From Octopus vulgaris (taxonomy: Eukaryota): DNA of 64,000 nt. The stretch covers positions 83,576,001-83,640,000 of the forward strand of contig OX597824.1 of NCBI GenBank assembly GCA_951406725.2. The letters run 5' to 3'. Positions 1 through 60,254 of this stretch are shown here, one piece after another. Numbering within the stretch: position 1 is the stretch's first letter; each line of letters starts with the position of its first letter. The notes below the pieces were generated by a model, which saw only the letters and a list, made by a program, of their open reading frames with translations, was not told the DNA's origin and ran no database searches. A program made the position numbers and the translations under genes.

Positions 1-85
1 GTTTTATAATATATTTTATTTTTTTCTATATGATATGGTTTATGTCTATCATTGTTTGAATTACATAATAGTGGTTTTACTCTAA

Positions 86-480
86 TCTTTATATATAAAA
101 GAAAGGTTGTGTGTCTGTCTACTCCGATTTAGATTCCTAACTACTCCCACATTTTGCAGTGCAGTTTAACCAAAACCGGGTATCTTATAGTCGTGATTCA
201 TATCGAGCCCTTCTGGGTATTAGCGTGCATCTACGATGAGTCTACAATTTAAAAAAAAATTACCATCATTTTTTTCCATTTTAATGCATTCTTTCGCTAT
301 TATATAAGGAAGTAACTCTCTAAAAATGTCTACGATGAGTCAACGATTTAAAAAAAAATTTACCATCATTTTTTTCCATTTTTAGTGCATTTTTTTGCTA
401 ATTTTTGGCTATAACTTTCTAAAAATGCTTATATAGTTATTTCCCTTACAAACCCGAGCAACGCTGGGCGATACTGCTCG
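86..480 (+). mobile_element. Non-autonomous Helitron-like element, copy 1
   Basis: A|TC 5' end; 3' hairpin CCCGAGC-AAC-GCTGGG then CTCG|T; same family at 43183, 55955, 61137. Confidence 0.8.
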
Positions 481-664
481 TATATATATAAAACATATAT
501 AATATATAAATAGAAACAAACAAACATTTGGTTTTTTATAAGCAATGAAATGTGTATTGTATGATACAAATAAGATGATTTGTTTTCGAACATAGAATTG
601 CCTTTAGAACAGCATGAATACTGGGTAAATTGTTCTTACAAAGTGGAAAACTTTGTTAACAAAT

Positions 665-735
665 TGCCATAGGTCTCGAACCCATATCGCTCAAGACTCC
701 AGCTGAGTGCTTTACCATTAAGCTAAACTGCTCCT
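665..735 (-). mobile_element. tRNA-derived SINE head (not a functional tRNA)
   Basis: Minus strand TAGCTTAATGGTAAAGC (A box) and GGTTCGAGACC (B box), but no pairing acceptor stem. Confidence 0.5.
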
Positions 736-1009
736 TCAGAAATTCATCCACAAATTTAGATGTTAAATGTGTGTGTATGTGAGAGGAAAAGAAGCTATAG
801 GATGTTGCACAAGTATTCATGGACCCAGCTCTTAGGTCAGTGCTTCTTATAGTAGAATTAGCCGTAAGCTACTGAAGGTGATTATGTAACACCTGTTCTT
901 TCATCATCCATTGACATGCATACATCTTCAACTCCCTTCATATCCACCCATCCAAATCTTTTCCACCCATGTTTCTCTCTACTTTTTTCTATTGTCTACT
1001 TATACACAG

Positions 1010-47068
<46,059 letters not shown>

Positions 47069-47201
47069 ATTTTTAGCCAAAAAGAAAAAAAAACAGAAAA
47101 ATATATAGGCAGATCCTAAGCCACCATGACCACCACGACCACCACTACCATAATCACCATTACTACCACATGTACCAATAACTGCACTGTTTATCATCAC
47201 C

Positions 47202-47242
<41 letters not shown>

Positions 47243-47479
47243 AACAACAACAACAATAACAACAACAACAACAACAATAATGATAACAATAATAATGATA
47301 ATGATAATAATAATAGTAATTATAGTTATAATAATAATCACAATGAAATGCAACGATGACAACAACTGTAAGAGCAACAACAATAAACAAAGGAAATGAA
47401 TAGAACTCTTGCAACAATGAAATAAGATGAAATAAGATATACATACATACACACATGTACATTATATATATAAATATAT

Positions 47480-47524
<45 letters not shown>

Positions 47525-47671
47525 TATATATGCACACACATATATATATATATACATGCACACATACAGATATATATACATATATAAATAATATATATAT
47601 ATATATATTATATTATTTGCATAAATATAAAGATAGGTATATATGCTTATATATATGTCTATATCTCTATA

Positions 47672-47703
<32 letters not shown>

Positions 47704-48968
47704 ACATACACACACACATATAGATATATGCCTATGTATAAAATCTACATACATGTGTGTGTGTGTCGCTCTGTGGGTGTGTATGCGGTGGACACCAATA
47801 TTATTTATCAGTTCAGATCCCACCAAGCTCTGCATAGCTTTTCATTCTCCCAGAGCCAATAAAACAAAGTACCAGTCATGCACTGAGGTCAATATAATAA
47901 TCAACTATATCACTCCCCTAAATTTTCTGATATTGTGAAATCATCATTATTATAATTATCATTTGGGCAGGGAAAGTAGAAAAGGACAAAATACGTTTTG
48001 GTATTAAGGTATGTTCTTTTATATTTACAGTGTATATATATATACAATATTTATAATCCTTCTATACACCATTTAGAATGTATATTTGTAATAGATGTGG
48101 TGAATATTTAGAATATGTATATACACACATTATATATATGACATTTATTTATGATATATATATATATACATACATATATATATATATATATATATTTCCA
48201 TATATAGGGAAAGTTTACGAAAAAAACAAAAGACGAAGATAGGGGTGTACAAACAAACAGATGTATTAGTATAACACTCAGGAATAGAAAATGTCTTTTA
48301 TGTTTTGAGCCTACGCTCTTCTACAGAAAGGTACACAGAAAAAACAAGGAGAGAAAAAATATATTTCCATATATATATATAAATGATATTTAGGGTACAT
48401 AGCTAATACTATTTTGTGTGTGTATATATATATATATCTATATATCTATATATATATATGCATACAAACATGCACACACAATATTTCTATTATATATTTA
48501 AATATTTTTTGTGTATGTCCATATTATATACATTGTTCCAGGTGTTATGTATATGGTCAGGAATAAGACACTTGATAACAGTACATCAAAATGATTTAAG
48601 CACAGGGTTGATGTAAATATTGGAAATACACACTGTAAATATTTTTTGTGGGTATATAATTTATTAGGTATATAAAAATCCTAAAATTCACGTTCATTCT
48701 AGGTTTTCTTTTGAGGATATTTGTATATAATTAGCAATTTCTAATTTAAGAAAATCCCTCTCCAAATATTATATATATATATACTCATGCTAGCAAGGAG
48801 GGCGGACATTAAACAATGATGATGATGATGATGATATATCCATTAACACACACATACATATATAAATACTTATCTGTGCATGTGTGTATGTGTATATATA
48901 TATATATATATATATCTATGTGTGTGGAAGGCATATGTTAAACAATGATATATCTATATATATCTATA

Positions 48969-49142
<174 letters not shown>

Positions 49143-49391
49143 TAAGGATTGAACACGAAAAGTGGACAGTCAACATGCTAGATATAGACGTCAAATCGCC
49201 ATTCACCACAAAAGATTATGTTCTCAGATCTTTTGTGGTGAATGGCGATTTGACGTCTATATCTAGCATGTTGACTGTCCACTTTTCGTGTTCAGTCCTT
49301 AATTGGTATATATAAATATTTTAATCTTCGGATTCTTTTTTAATATGCTAGACCACTGGTCTTAATTGATAAATATCAATTTCTACCCTTA

Positions 49392-49452
<61 letters not shown>

Positions 49453-50364
49453 GTATACAAATATATATATATATCTATATCTATATATATATATGTATAT
49501 ATTTGTGTGTGTGTGTGTATATATATATGTGTGTGTATATATATGCATATATATATATACACATATCTATGTATGTATGTTTGTATACAATTGTATATAT
49601 ATACATATTCAATTTACATACAATCGCTTTAAAATTTTTAAAAATGGGTTTAATACTTTTAAAAATTATAACTTTTATTGGAAAAAAAAACAATCTTGGA
49701 TATATTTAGGTATTTAAAAAAAGTATTTAAACGACAACAATTAAGATGTATTTTATACAAACTTTGCCTTGCAACACGAATTAAATAAGCATTTGTTTTT
49801 TTGAAAAGATTCTTATGTAATCTTCTAAAAGAAAGTATAGAAAATCTTTTATGATATTTTATGAACAAGCACTAAGAAAATGGTAGCTTTTTTTGGCAGG
49901 GTCTTGTTCTTCCTTGAGAATGGCGGGTGGTTTATGTCGGGTACATAATGCTGAGCTGAGTCTCAAATTCAGGTCCTTTGCTCTTATGGAGAAAATTGAT
50001 TTGATAAATACCAGCAAAGTGCAGGGAGCAAATATTTGGTCTTCTCTGTCTATATCAGAAATCTATAAATGTTGAGCTGGTTCTCACATTTTTGGTCTCT
50101 TGTAGTAGAATATGAGGAATATATGGTCTCTCCTCTTCGATTATTTGATTATTATGTAGACAGAAGTAAAACTGTTTTTTATGTACTTTACCTTCTTACA
50201 TTTCCCAAAAAGCAAAAGAATAGCATTGTAATTCACATATGTATACATACACGCACACAAATTCACATTCAGACACACACATATACAGACATACATATGA
50301 TCACACACACAAATATATACACATATATTCACACACACACACAGTACATGTATATTTATATATC

Positions 50365-50408
<44 letters not shown>

Positions 50409-50434
50409 TATATATATATATATATACATATGTG

Positions 50435-50479
<45 letters not shown>

Positions 50480-50608
50480 GTGTATATGTATATATATATA
50501 TATACATATGTGTATATGTATATATATATATATATACATATGTGTATATGTATATATATATATATATACTTACATATATATATATATACTTATATATATA
50601 CATATGTG

Positions 50609-50653
<45 letters not shown>

Positions 50654-51297
50654 TTATATACATATATATACATACATACATATACATATATGTATACACA
50701 TACACATACATACAGAATCAGTTTGTGCCTTGTAAAAGATAACAATAGTAAGATGGTTCAAATTTTCCAATATTTTGTTTTTCAAATTTTACCCTTTCAT
50801 AGCAATGGTTGTGAATAGCAGCCATTTCTAAGTCAATACCACATAACCAGCCACCTACCCAACCATTGTAACATATTGCTGTTTCCCCACTTTTCAATAA
50901 CAGTTCTTTTTTTTATCACTCCTTGATTTTTCTCTCTATGTCTCTAAACAAAAACACCAACTTCTGAGACCAATTTTCATTAATCATTAGTCAAATCACT
51001 GAAATTTGCTTACTAAAGGTGCCAAAAATTTCCCACAAAATGTCTGCATGCCTGTCAAATATTGATATCCACGTGAGAAGTAGAAATAAGCAAAACAGGA
51101 TCAATAAAATTGTTTTCCAAAACATAACCCCTTGTTTTTTTCTTACACAAAATTGCGATCAATATTTCACTAAACTTATACAAGACTTGTGTCCTTTAAC
51201 AAATATATATATTGTTTAATAAATATGTGCCTTTATTTAGAAGAATGCATGCACTTCATCCAATATGCAAGAAACTCAAAAAGCATACATACACACA

Positions 51298-51345
<48 letters not shown>

Positions 51346-51378
51346 CACGTATGCTCGCATTTAGGCATTAAAACGCAT

Positions 51379-51411
<33 letters not shown>

Positions 51412-51925
51412 TATAAATATGTACCTATAGGTATACACAAACATAAGTGTGTGTATATATATATGTACATTTATGTGTGTGTAAGTGTGTGTGTACATGA
51501 CTCAATGCATGTGGATACATAAATATATAGATCTATATATGTATGTATAAATATATATATAAATATTCAGTCCGATTATTTCTATGTCCCCGCGCATGAT
51601 ACAGCCTTAAGCCTTAAGAAGAAAAAAACCCCAAAAAAACCACATTTATTGGATGGCCGTTGACTCTCAAGAGTTCCTCCGCCCTTTGACGGGTTTTGTT
51701 TTTGTACAAGACATTGTAGATCTTTAGCTGGGCTAAAAAGTCACATTCGATCACAGCACCAGTGACAGTTAAGCTTCGTGCAATGGCCATACTCGATAAC
51801 GAGGGGGCAGCCATAATAATATATAAATGTATGTGTACATGTATGTATGTATGAATGGATATATATGTGTGTGTGTGTATGTATATGTGTGTGTGTGTAT
51901 GTATATGTGTGTGTGTGTATGTATA

Positions 51926-51973
<48 letters not shown>

Positions 51974-52398
51974 CACATATATGTATATACATACACATAC
52001 TCATATATTCTACACATGCATGCCTACACTTGCACACACACACACACACACATACATACATGCATCCATACATACATGTATTCTTACACCAATGCACACA
52101 CAAACATTCAAATATATCTGCAGACATGCAATATGAATGATAACGTTTTTGTTCATTGAAATTTTGATGTCCTAAATGTTTTGATATACCAAAGAACCAA
52201 AGTCTTAGACCAATAGATCACTGGATTTATAAGAACACTGAATCTGCCTTATACTAATGGGTCTTCTCAGTGCTGGGTCTTTAAGACCAGCAGGTCTATA
52301 AGACTTGGATATTTATTCAACCAAGGGACTCTGAGAGTGTGCATTCACTGTTTGACTTTATTTAATCCCATTTAATTTCATTTGTTATATTTCCTCAG

Positions 52399-52503
52399 CG
52401 AAACCGCACAAAATTCACACATGCACAAATGGATGGTTCCGAGTGCCGATATCCTTGCCAGAAGAATGAATCAATGCTAAAGAAATATTCTTTCCAAATC
52501 TGA
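52399..52503 (+). CDS. Candidate further terminal exon of PLC-beta
   Basis: ttcctcag| acceptor, unique higher-GC sequence, followed by AT-rich UTR-like DNA and AATAAA at 52851; reading frame depends on which donor is used. Confidence 0.4.
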   Translation, partial: RNRTKFTHAQMDGSECRYPCQKNESMLKKYSFQI

Positions 52504-52850
52504 CTAAAAAATAAAAAAAAAAATACACAAATAAAAAAGAAGAAATTGAAGAAATGTTACGTTACACATTCCATAAAAACAAAAAAAAAAATCACTCCTA
52601 TTTTACACAACTTTTAAGTTTGTTTTATTTTGTAATTATTACTTATATTTAGTTTTGATTCTTTATTTTTTTTTTGTTTGGAATCCCTTTAAAATTTTCA
52701 CACCTATTTCTCTTCTTTCTCTCTACTCCTCTTCTCTTCTTTCATTTTTTTTTTATCCCTTCTAATGTTTGTTCCATGATTTCTTCTTTTGGAAACTTTC
52801 CATGATGGAATGCCGAAAGAATTGTATTTAAAAATTTACAAGATGTTCAT

Positions 52851-52856
52851 AATAAA
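52851..52856 (+). terminator. Candidate polyadenylation signal of the distal isoform(s)
   Basis: AATAAA followed ~25-60 nt later by a T/GT-rich tract (ttttttgttgtatttttggggtctttttt). Confidence 0.5.
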
Positions 52857-52949
52857 GCAAAATGTATAAAAATTCTCATAATTTTTTGTTGTATTTTTGG
52901 GGTCTTTTTTTGTTTCCCATTGTTTTTATTACTAGCAAGCCAGACTAAA

Positions 52950-53505
52950 TAATAATAATAATAATGAAATTATTGTATACAGTGCTCAGGTGCACCACAA
53001 CTTGTCAGAAAGTGCATATAAAGTACATGCAGTAATGTAGAAATGTCTGGAAAGCGAACAATGTATGAGTCAGATACATGCTTGTGTGTGTATGGAGGGG
53101 AGAAAATCAAGTGTAGTGTTAGCGAATCTCAGGAAGCATGGAAGTTTTGAAGGATGCAGTGCTCCGACAACTAACAACTGATGCCGGCAGTTTGTTCCAT
53201 GCTTCAGCAACTCTTAGTGTGAAAAAATGTTTCCTGAAGTCATGGGAGCTGTGCTGTTTTCTTACTTTGTAAATATGTCCCCGGGTGTTAGATGGGTGGA
53301 GTTTGAAAAGGTGCTCAGAGTTATTGTTTGTACGATGGTTGATAATTTTATGGGTGTCTGCCAAGTCAGCTGCCAGACGTCGGAGTTTCAATATGTCCAT
53401 GCCCAGGGAAGTAAGGCGTTCAGGATATGGCAAATGCCTGATGGAGGGTATTCTTTTGGTTGCACGTCACTGAACAGCTTCCAGACAATTGATATCCTGG
53501 GCAAT
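52950..53505 (-). mobile_element. CR1/L2-type LINE 3' fragment
   Basis: YPERLTSLGMDILKLRRL...RGH...WNKLP; same family as 25540. Confidence 0.85.
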
Positions 53506-53854
53506 TTCGTTTGTCTTTAAGATCGGAGATCACATTCTCCTAAGGTTAACTTTGCCTTTCATCCTTTTAGGGTTGCACTGGGATTGATGTAATCAACTTC
53601 CGTTTCCCCTAAAAAATTGCTGGCCCTGCACTGTTTTATCATTATTAAGGCGGCAAACTGGCAGAAACATTACCACGTGAGGCAAAATGCTTAGTGGTAC
53701 TTTGTCTGTCTTTACATTCAGAGTTCAAATTCTGCCAAGGTCAACTTTGCCTTTCATCCTTTCGGGGTCGATAAATTAAATACCAGTTGCTTACTGGGGC
53801 TGATCTAATTGACGGGAATAATAATAATAATAATAATAATACTCTTTTTTTTTT

Positions 53855-54074
53855 TATTCTTTTACTTCTTTCAGCGATTTGGCTGCAGCTATGCTGGAGC
53901 ACTGCCTTTAGTTGAGTACCTCAACCCCAGGACTTATTCTTTGTAAGCCTAGCACTTATTCTACCGGGCTCTTTTGCTGAACCGCTAAATTACAGGGATG
54001 TAAAAACACCAGCATCGGTTGTCAAGTGATGTTGGGTGTGTGTGTGTGTGACAAACACAGACACACAAATATAT

Positions 54075-54131
<57 letters not shown>

Positions 54132-54290
54132 TACGACGGGCTGCTTTCAGTTTCCATCTACCAAATCCATTCACAAGGTTTTGGTTGGCCTGTGGTTATA
54201 GTAGAAGACACTTGCCCAAGGTGCCACACAGTGGGACTGAACCCGGAACCATGTGGTTGGTAAGCAAGCTACTTACCACACAGCCACTCC
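53855..54290 (-). mobile_element. SINE family A
   Basis: Similarity to 6961-7382. Confidence 0.8.
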
Positions 54291-54909
54291 AAATAATAAT
54301 AATAATCATCCTTTCTACTGTAGGAACAAGCCCTGAAATTTTGTGGGAGGGGGCCAGTCAATTAGATCGACCCCAGGGTTCAACTGGTACTTATTTTATT
54401 GAGCCCGAATAGATGAATGGTAAAATTGACCACGGTGGAACTTGATGTCAGAAAGTAAAGACAGACGAAATGATACTAAGCCTTTTGCCCTGCGTGTTAA
54501 CAACTCTACCAGCTCGGCGCCTTAATAATAATAATAATAATGATAATAATAATTATAATAAATACCCTGATGCAGTATCGGGCAGTGGCTCTCGTGGCTC
54601 ACAATGCCCTGATGCAGTACCAGACAGTGGATCTCGTGGCTTCTCATCTTAACTGATTGAAAGTGCTATCATGTACGGAAGAAATGTCACGAAGCATTTT
54701 GTCCGATGTCCAAACGATTCTTCCAGTTCGCCACTTTAGATAAGTAAATTATAATGAACATATAAATAATTGTAAAGTTGTTTAAGGGAGGTAACTCGTT
54801 TATTAGAGTTATTTCCCTTATATTATACACCTGATTTTTTTCTCCACAATTTCTCTCCTTTCCCCATCCCCACCTGTGCGGTGTGTGTGTGTGTGTATAC
54901 ATCCATATA

Positions 54910-55150
54910 TATTTCTTTATTGCCCACAAGGGGCTAAACATAGAGGGGACAAACAGGACAGACAAAGGGATTAAGTCGGTTACATCGACCCCTCCCACCC
55001 AGTGCGAAACTGGTACTTTATTTATCGACCCCGAAAGGATGAAAGGTAAAGTCGACCTCGGCGGAATTTGAACTCAGAACGTAACGACAGACGAAATACC
55101 GCTAAGCATTTCGCCCGGCGCGCTAACGAGTCTGCCAGCACGCCGCCTTA
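54910..55150 (-). mobile_element. SINE family B
   Basis: Full-length reverse copy; flanking ATACATCCATAT duplication. Confidence 0.85.
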
Positions 55151-55954
55151 TACATCCATATATGCCAAATATAATGTATCTAGGGCGCCAGTGATTGCAA
55201 CTCTCTTCCTGCCACTGTAAAAGGGGTAACGACTCTTCGGTCATGAATGACCATGGGATTTCAGCAAGAGAGTTCCCTTCCAAAGCACAAGTTCGAGCAA
55301 AGTTGTTTATGGAAGACCAGCAGTCGCACATACATGCCAGCCTCTCCTCTCCACACCGCGAATGATGTCTAAAGGAAACGCAATGGCCAGTACAGCTTGG
55401 CACCAGTGATGTCGCAACACATTCCAGTGAACTGGAGCAACGTGAAAATAAACTGTCTCACTCAAAAATACAACACACAGCCCGATCCGGGAAACGAACT
55501 CATTAATTCATGATTGTGATCCCGACACTCTAACCACTGGGCCATGTGCAACTGTAGTAAAGTGAGGAACGACCTAGTGTATATGTTTTTCCTGCCATAA
55601 CACAGACTCTCCGTCGACAAGAGGGTCCTATCAGACTTTTACGCATGATCACACATGGCAATTGGGTACTTTGCAGCCACAGACTAACTTTGCGTATCTC
55701 AGAGTAGCAGTAAACACAATGCAATAGATAGGCCTCCTATGATGGGTATCGATCACTGCTCTACTGCCTTGTAGACGACAGCTGAAAGGCAGAGACCAAA
55801 GGAGCACGTCCTGAGGGGAAAAGGGAGATGTAGTTGTCAAGCTTTAAGGCTATTTTGTTTCCTCAGAACTTTCAGGGAAATAGATATTTCTTAATGAATT
55901 TTTTTTTACAAATACCTTTTAGAATGCTTAGATTACGATTACATCGAAATTTAA

Positions 55955-56350
55955 TCTTTATATATAAAAGTGAAGTTGTGTGTCTGTCTCCTACGATTTA
56001 GATTCCTAACTACTCCTACATTTTGCGGTGCAGTTTAACCAAAACCGGGTATTTTATAGTCGTGATTCATATCGAGCCCTTCTGGGTATTAGCGTGCGTC
56101 TACGATGAGTCTACGATTAAAAAAAAATTACCATCATTTTTTTCCATTTTAATGCATTTTTTCGCTATTATATAAGGGAAGTAACTCTCTAAAAATGTCT
56201 ACGATGAGTCAACGATTTAAAAAAAAATTACCATAATTTTTTTTCCATTTTTAATGCATTTTATTGCTATTTTTTTGGCTATAACTCTCTAAAAATGCTT
56301 ATATAGTTATTTCCCTTACAAACCCGAGCAACGCCGGGCGATACTGCTAG
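55955..56350 (+). mobile_element. Non-autonomous Helitron-like element, copy 3
   Basis: A|TC...CCCGAGCAACGCCGGG...CTAG|T, no TSD. Confidence 0.85.
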
Positions 56351-56863
56351 TATGCTATAAAAAGTAAAAAGAACTGGTGGGCACGCACACATACATATTG
56401 ACCACATCACGTAATTTTTTCAAAATTTCACGTTTCATTTCGTAGATATGTGATGTATATCAGTATGTATATATGCGAGTACACCAATATTTTTTCTTTC
56501 ACCCAAAATTGCGATATAATCGAAATATACATTGTTTGAAAGATATTTGTTGAAAATTTCATGAAAAAAAAATCTAAATATTTTTCTGAAGGTTATGAGG
56601 AAACAAAGGCAACTCTTGTGAATTTTACGAAATTCCTCTCCCACCTTCGGGAATTGATTTTTACAATAAATTCCGTTATAATGGGAATGCACTCTATCTG
56701 AAGCGTATTTGTAGAAAATTTTATTAAAAAATGCCCCATTTTCTGAAATGTATGAGGAAACAAAGTCAGTAGGGATTCGCTTGTGTAGTTATGTCTACAT
56801 TTATATTTGCAAATATATAAACATAGACACACATGTTTATGTATCTATGGATATTTATATACA

Positions 56864-56926
<63 letters not shown>

Positions 56927-57034
56927 ATATAATATATATATTTATGTATAATATATACGCATATATACATATTTATATCAAACAATTAGAGACGTAATCG
57001 GACACACATCACGCGCACACATACATAATTATAT

Positions 57035-57618
57035 ATTTCTTTATTGCCCACAGGGGGCTAAACATAGAGGGGACAAACAAGGGGATTAAGTCGATTTACA
57101 TCGACCCCAGTGATTAACTGGTACTTAATTTATCGACCCCGAAAGGATGAAAGACAAAGTCGACTTCGGCAGAATTTGAACTCAGAACGCAAGGCAGACG
57201 ACATACCTATTTCTATTTCTTTACTACCCACAAGGGGCTACACACAGAGGGGACAGACAAACGGATTAAGTCGATTATATCGACCCCAGTGCGTAACTGG
57301 TACTTATTTAATCGACCCCGAAAGGATGAAAGGTAAAGTCAACCTCGGCGGAATTTGAACTCAGAACGTAAAGGCAGACGACATACCTATTTCTATTTCT
57401 TTACTACCCACAAGGGGCTACACACAGATGGGACAAACAAGGACAGACAAACGGATTAAGTCGATTATATAGACCCCAGTGCGTAACTGCTACTTATTTA
57501 ATCGACCCCGAAAGGATGAAAGGTAAAGTCAACCTCGGCGGAATTTGAACTCAGAACGTAGCGGCAGACGACATACCGCTAGGCATTTCGCCCGACGTGC
57601 TAACGTTTCTGCCAGCTC
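57035..57618 (-). mobile_element. Tandem trimer of SINE family B
   Basis: Three units joined from the tail to the internal GGTATGTCGTCTGCC site. Confidence 0.85.
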
Positions 57619-57624
57619 AAAACT

Positions 57625-57793
57625 ATGTATGTATGTATGTATGTATGTATGTATGTATGTATGTATGTATGTATGTATGTATGTATGTATGTATGTATGT
57701 ATGTATGTATGTATGTATGTGTGTATGTATGTATGTATGTATGTATGTATGTATGTATGTATGTATGTATGCATGTTTGTATGTATGTATGTA

Positions 57794-57824
<31 letters not shown>

Positions 57825-57909
57825 ATGTTTGTATGCATGTGTGTGTGTGTATGTATGTATGTGTATGTATGTATGTATGTTTGTATGTATGTATGTATGT
57901 ATGTATGTA

Positions 57910-57940
<31 letters not shown>

Positions 57941-58041
57941 TTGTATGCATGTGTGTGTGTATGTATGTATGTATGTGTATGTATGTATGTATGTGTGTGT
58001 ATGTATGTATGTATGTATGTATGTGTGTGTGTGTATGTATG

Positions 58042-58075
<34 letters not shown>

Positions 58076-58140
58076 TGTATGTATGTATGTATGTATGTAT
58101 GTATGTATGTATGTACGTACGTATATATGTATGTATGTAT
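57625..58140. repeat. (TATG)n compound microsatellite
   Basis: Direct inspection. Confidence 0.95.
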
Positions 58141-58579
58141 GTTCGTCTGACACACACTCACGTATATACACACGCACATACACACACACACACACTTATA
58201 TATACATAAACATCGTAAAACGGCAGCAAAGCGTTCTTAGCAACGCTTCTTATCAAACGATAATTCGGGTAGGTTAGTAAATATTTTAATATTTTTCATA
58301 TATTAACTGTAAAATTATCGAGTCTGTGTCTGTGTGTCTGTGTGTGCGTGTGTGTGTGTCTGTGTGTTTGTATGTCTGTGTGTTTGTGTATATATAAGAG
58401 AGTGTATAATTGATATGTGCAAAACTAATGCGTGTATATATATAATTCATGAAAGTTTTTCGAATCAGTAAATGTTTCCGTATGTTAAGGCTAACAGTTA
58501 TTATTTTTATGTTTGTTGTTGTTATTGTTGTTGTACCTGTTCTTAATTGTTGCTGTTTTGTTGTTGTTGTTGTTGTCAA

Positions 58580-59690
58580 CACTACCACCACCACCACCGT
58601 CGCCGCCACTACAGCAGTTCCTGTTACCACTCGCACCAACACCGTTACTGTTACAGTTACGGCCCCGCGATCGCTATTTACCATCACCACGACCACCACC
58701 ACCGTCGGCACTACTATACTAACCACAAACACCACTATCACCATCAATGTCACCACCACCACTACCACCACCACCCCACCATCATTACTACCATCAACAC
58801 CACCACTACCACCACCACCATCACCACCACCTCCACCATCATACTACCATCAACACCACCACTACCACCACCACCACCACCACCACCACCACCACCACCA
58901 CCACCACCTCCACCATCATACTACCATCATCATCAGCACCACCGTCATCACTACCACCACCACCACCACCACCACCACCACCAAGAAAAACAACAACAAC
59001 AGCAAAAACCAGGACAGCACCAAACCCAACATCCCTTCCGCCAAAACAACCACCACCACCACCACCATACCACAACCAACACCCAAAACCCATCACCACC
59101 ATAACCTCATAATAATAAACTGTATCACCACTGCCGCCAAAAAAAGCAACAACAACCGCCGTAACACCATAAACACCACCACCAAAACCACTACCACCAT
59201 AAGCACCACCACCACCACCAGCATAACCACCACCACCACCACCATCATCACTACCATCACCACTATCACCACCACCATCATCACCACCAGCACCATCACC
59301 ATCATCAATACCATCACCACCACCACTACTACCACCACCACCTCCACCATCATTACTACCATCAACACCACCACTACCACCACCACCACCACCACCACCA
59401 CCTCCACCATCATACTACCATCACCATCACCACCACCACCACCACTACCACCACCACCTCCACCATCATTACTACCATCAACACCACCACCATAACCACC
59501 ACCTCCACCATCATACTACCATCACCATCACCACCACCATCATACTACCATCACCACCACCACCACCACCATCACCATCACCATACCATCACCACCACCA
59601 TAACCACCACCTCCACCATCATATTACCATCACCATCACCACCACCACCTCCACCACCACCGCCACCATCTCCACTACCGCCACCACAAA
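58580..59690. repeat. (CAC/CAT)n low-complexity tract
   Basis: Direct inspection; explains the 348-aa poly-Thr/Pro/His ORF. Confidence 0.9.
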
Positions 59691-60050
59691 CGACAGCCGC
59701 AGCACAATTGGCACCAAATCACCTCCACCACTCTCACTACTACAACAACAACATGAGCTGCTGCTAGTTACTGCTGTTGACCACTGTTGCTGCTGTCGGT
59801 TTCTATAGAAGCTGCTTATTTTTTTGATTTTTTTTTCACCTGAGCAACACAAGACCACCTGTTGATTATGAATATACACATATATAATACATATATATTT
59901 ATATACATAAACCCCGCCCCGCTGGGTTTTTTTTTCCATTTTATTTTATATACATACACACGTATGCGTATACGAATGTATGTATGTATGTATGTATGTA
60001 TGTATGTATGTATGTATGTATGTATGTATGTATGTATGTGTGTGTATGTA

Positions 60051-60081
<31 letters not shown>

Positions 60082-60254
60082 GTGTGTATGTATGTATGTA
60101 TGTATGTATGTATGTATGTATGTATGTGTGTATGTATGTATGTATGTATGTATGTATGTATGTATGTATGTATGTATGTATGTATGTATGTATGTATGTA
60201 TGCATGAATGTGTATGTGTGTATGTATGTGTGTACGTACGTATTATATATATAT

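Noticed and set aside
665-735. Apparent tRNA gene on the minus strand (also the SINE C heads)
   Set aside because: A/B boxes are present but the acceptor stem does not pair; the SINE C heads run into repeat bodies with TSDs.
57529-58277. YVCM/HTYI-repeat ORFs (here and throughout the window)
   Set aside because: Translations of (TATG)n/(TA)n repeats that lack stops by composition.
58449-59495. 348-aa Thr/Pro/His-rich 'mucin-like' ORF
   Set aside because: It is entirely a (CAC/CAT)n microsatellite, open in several frames and strands, with no domain signal.
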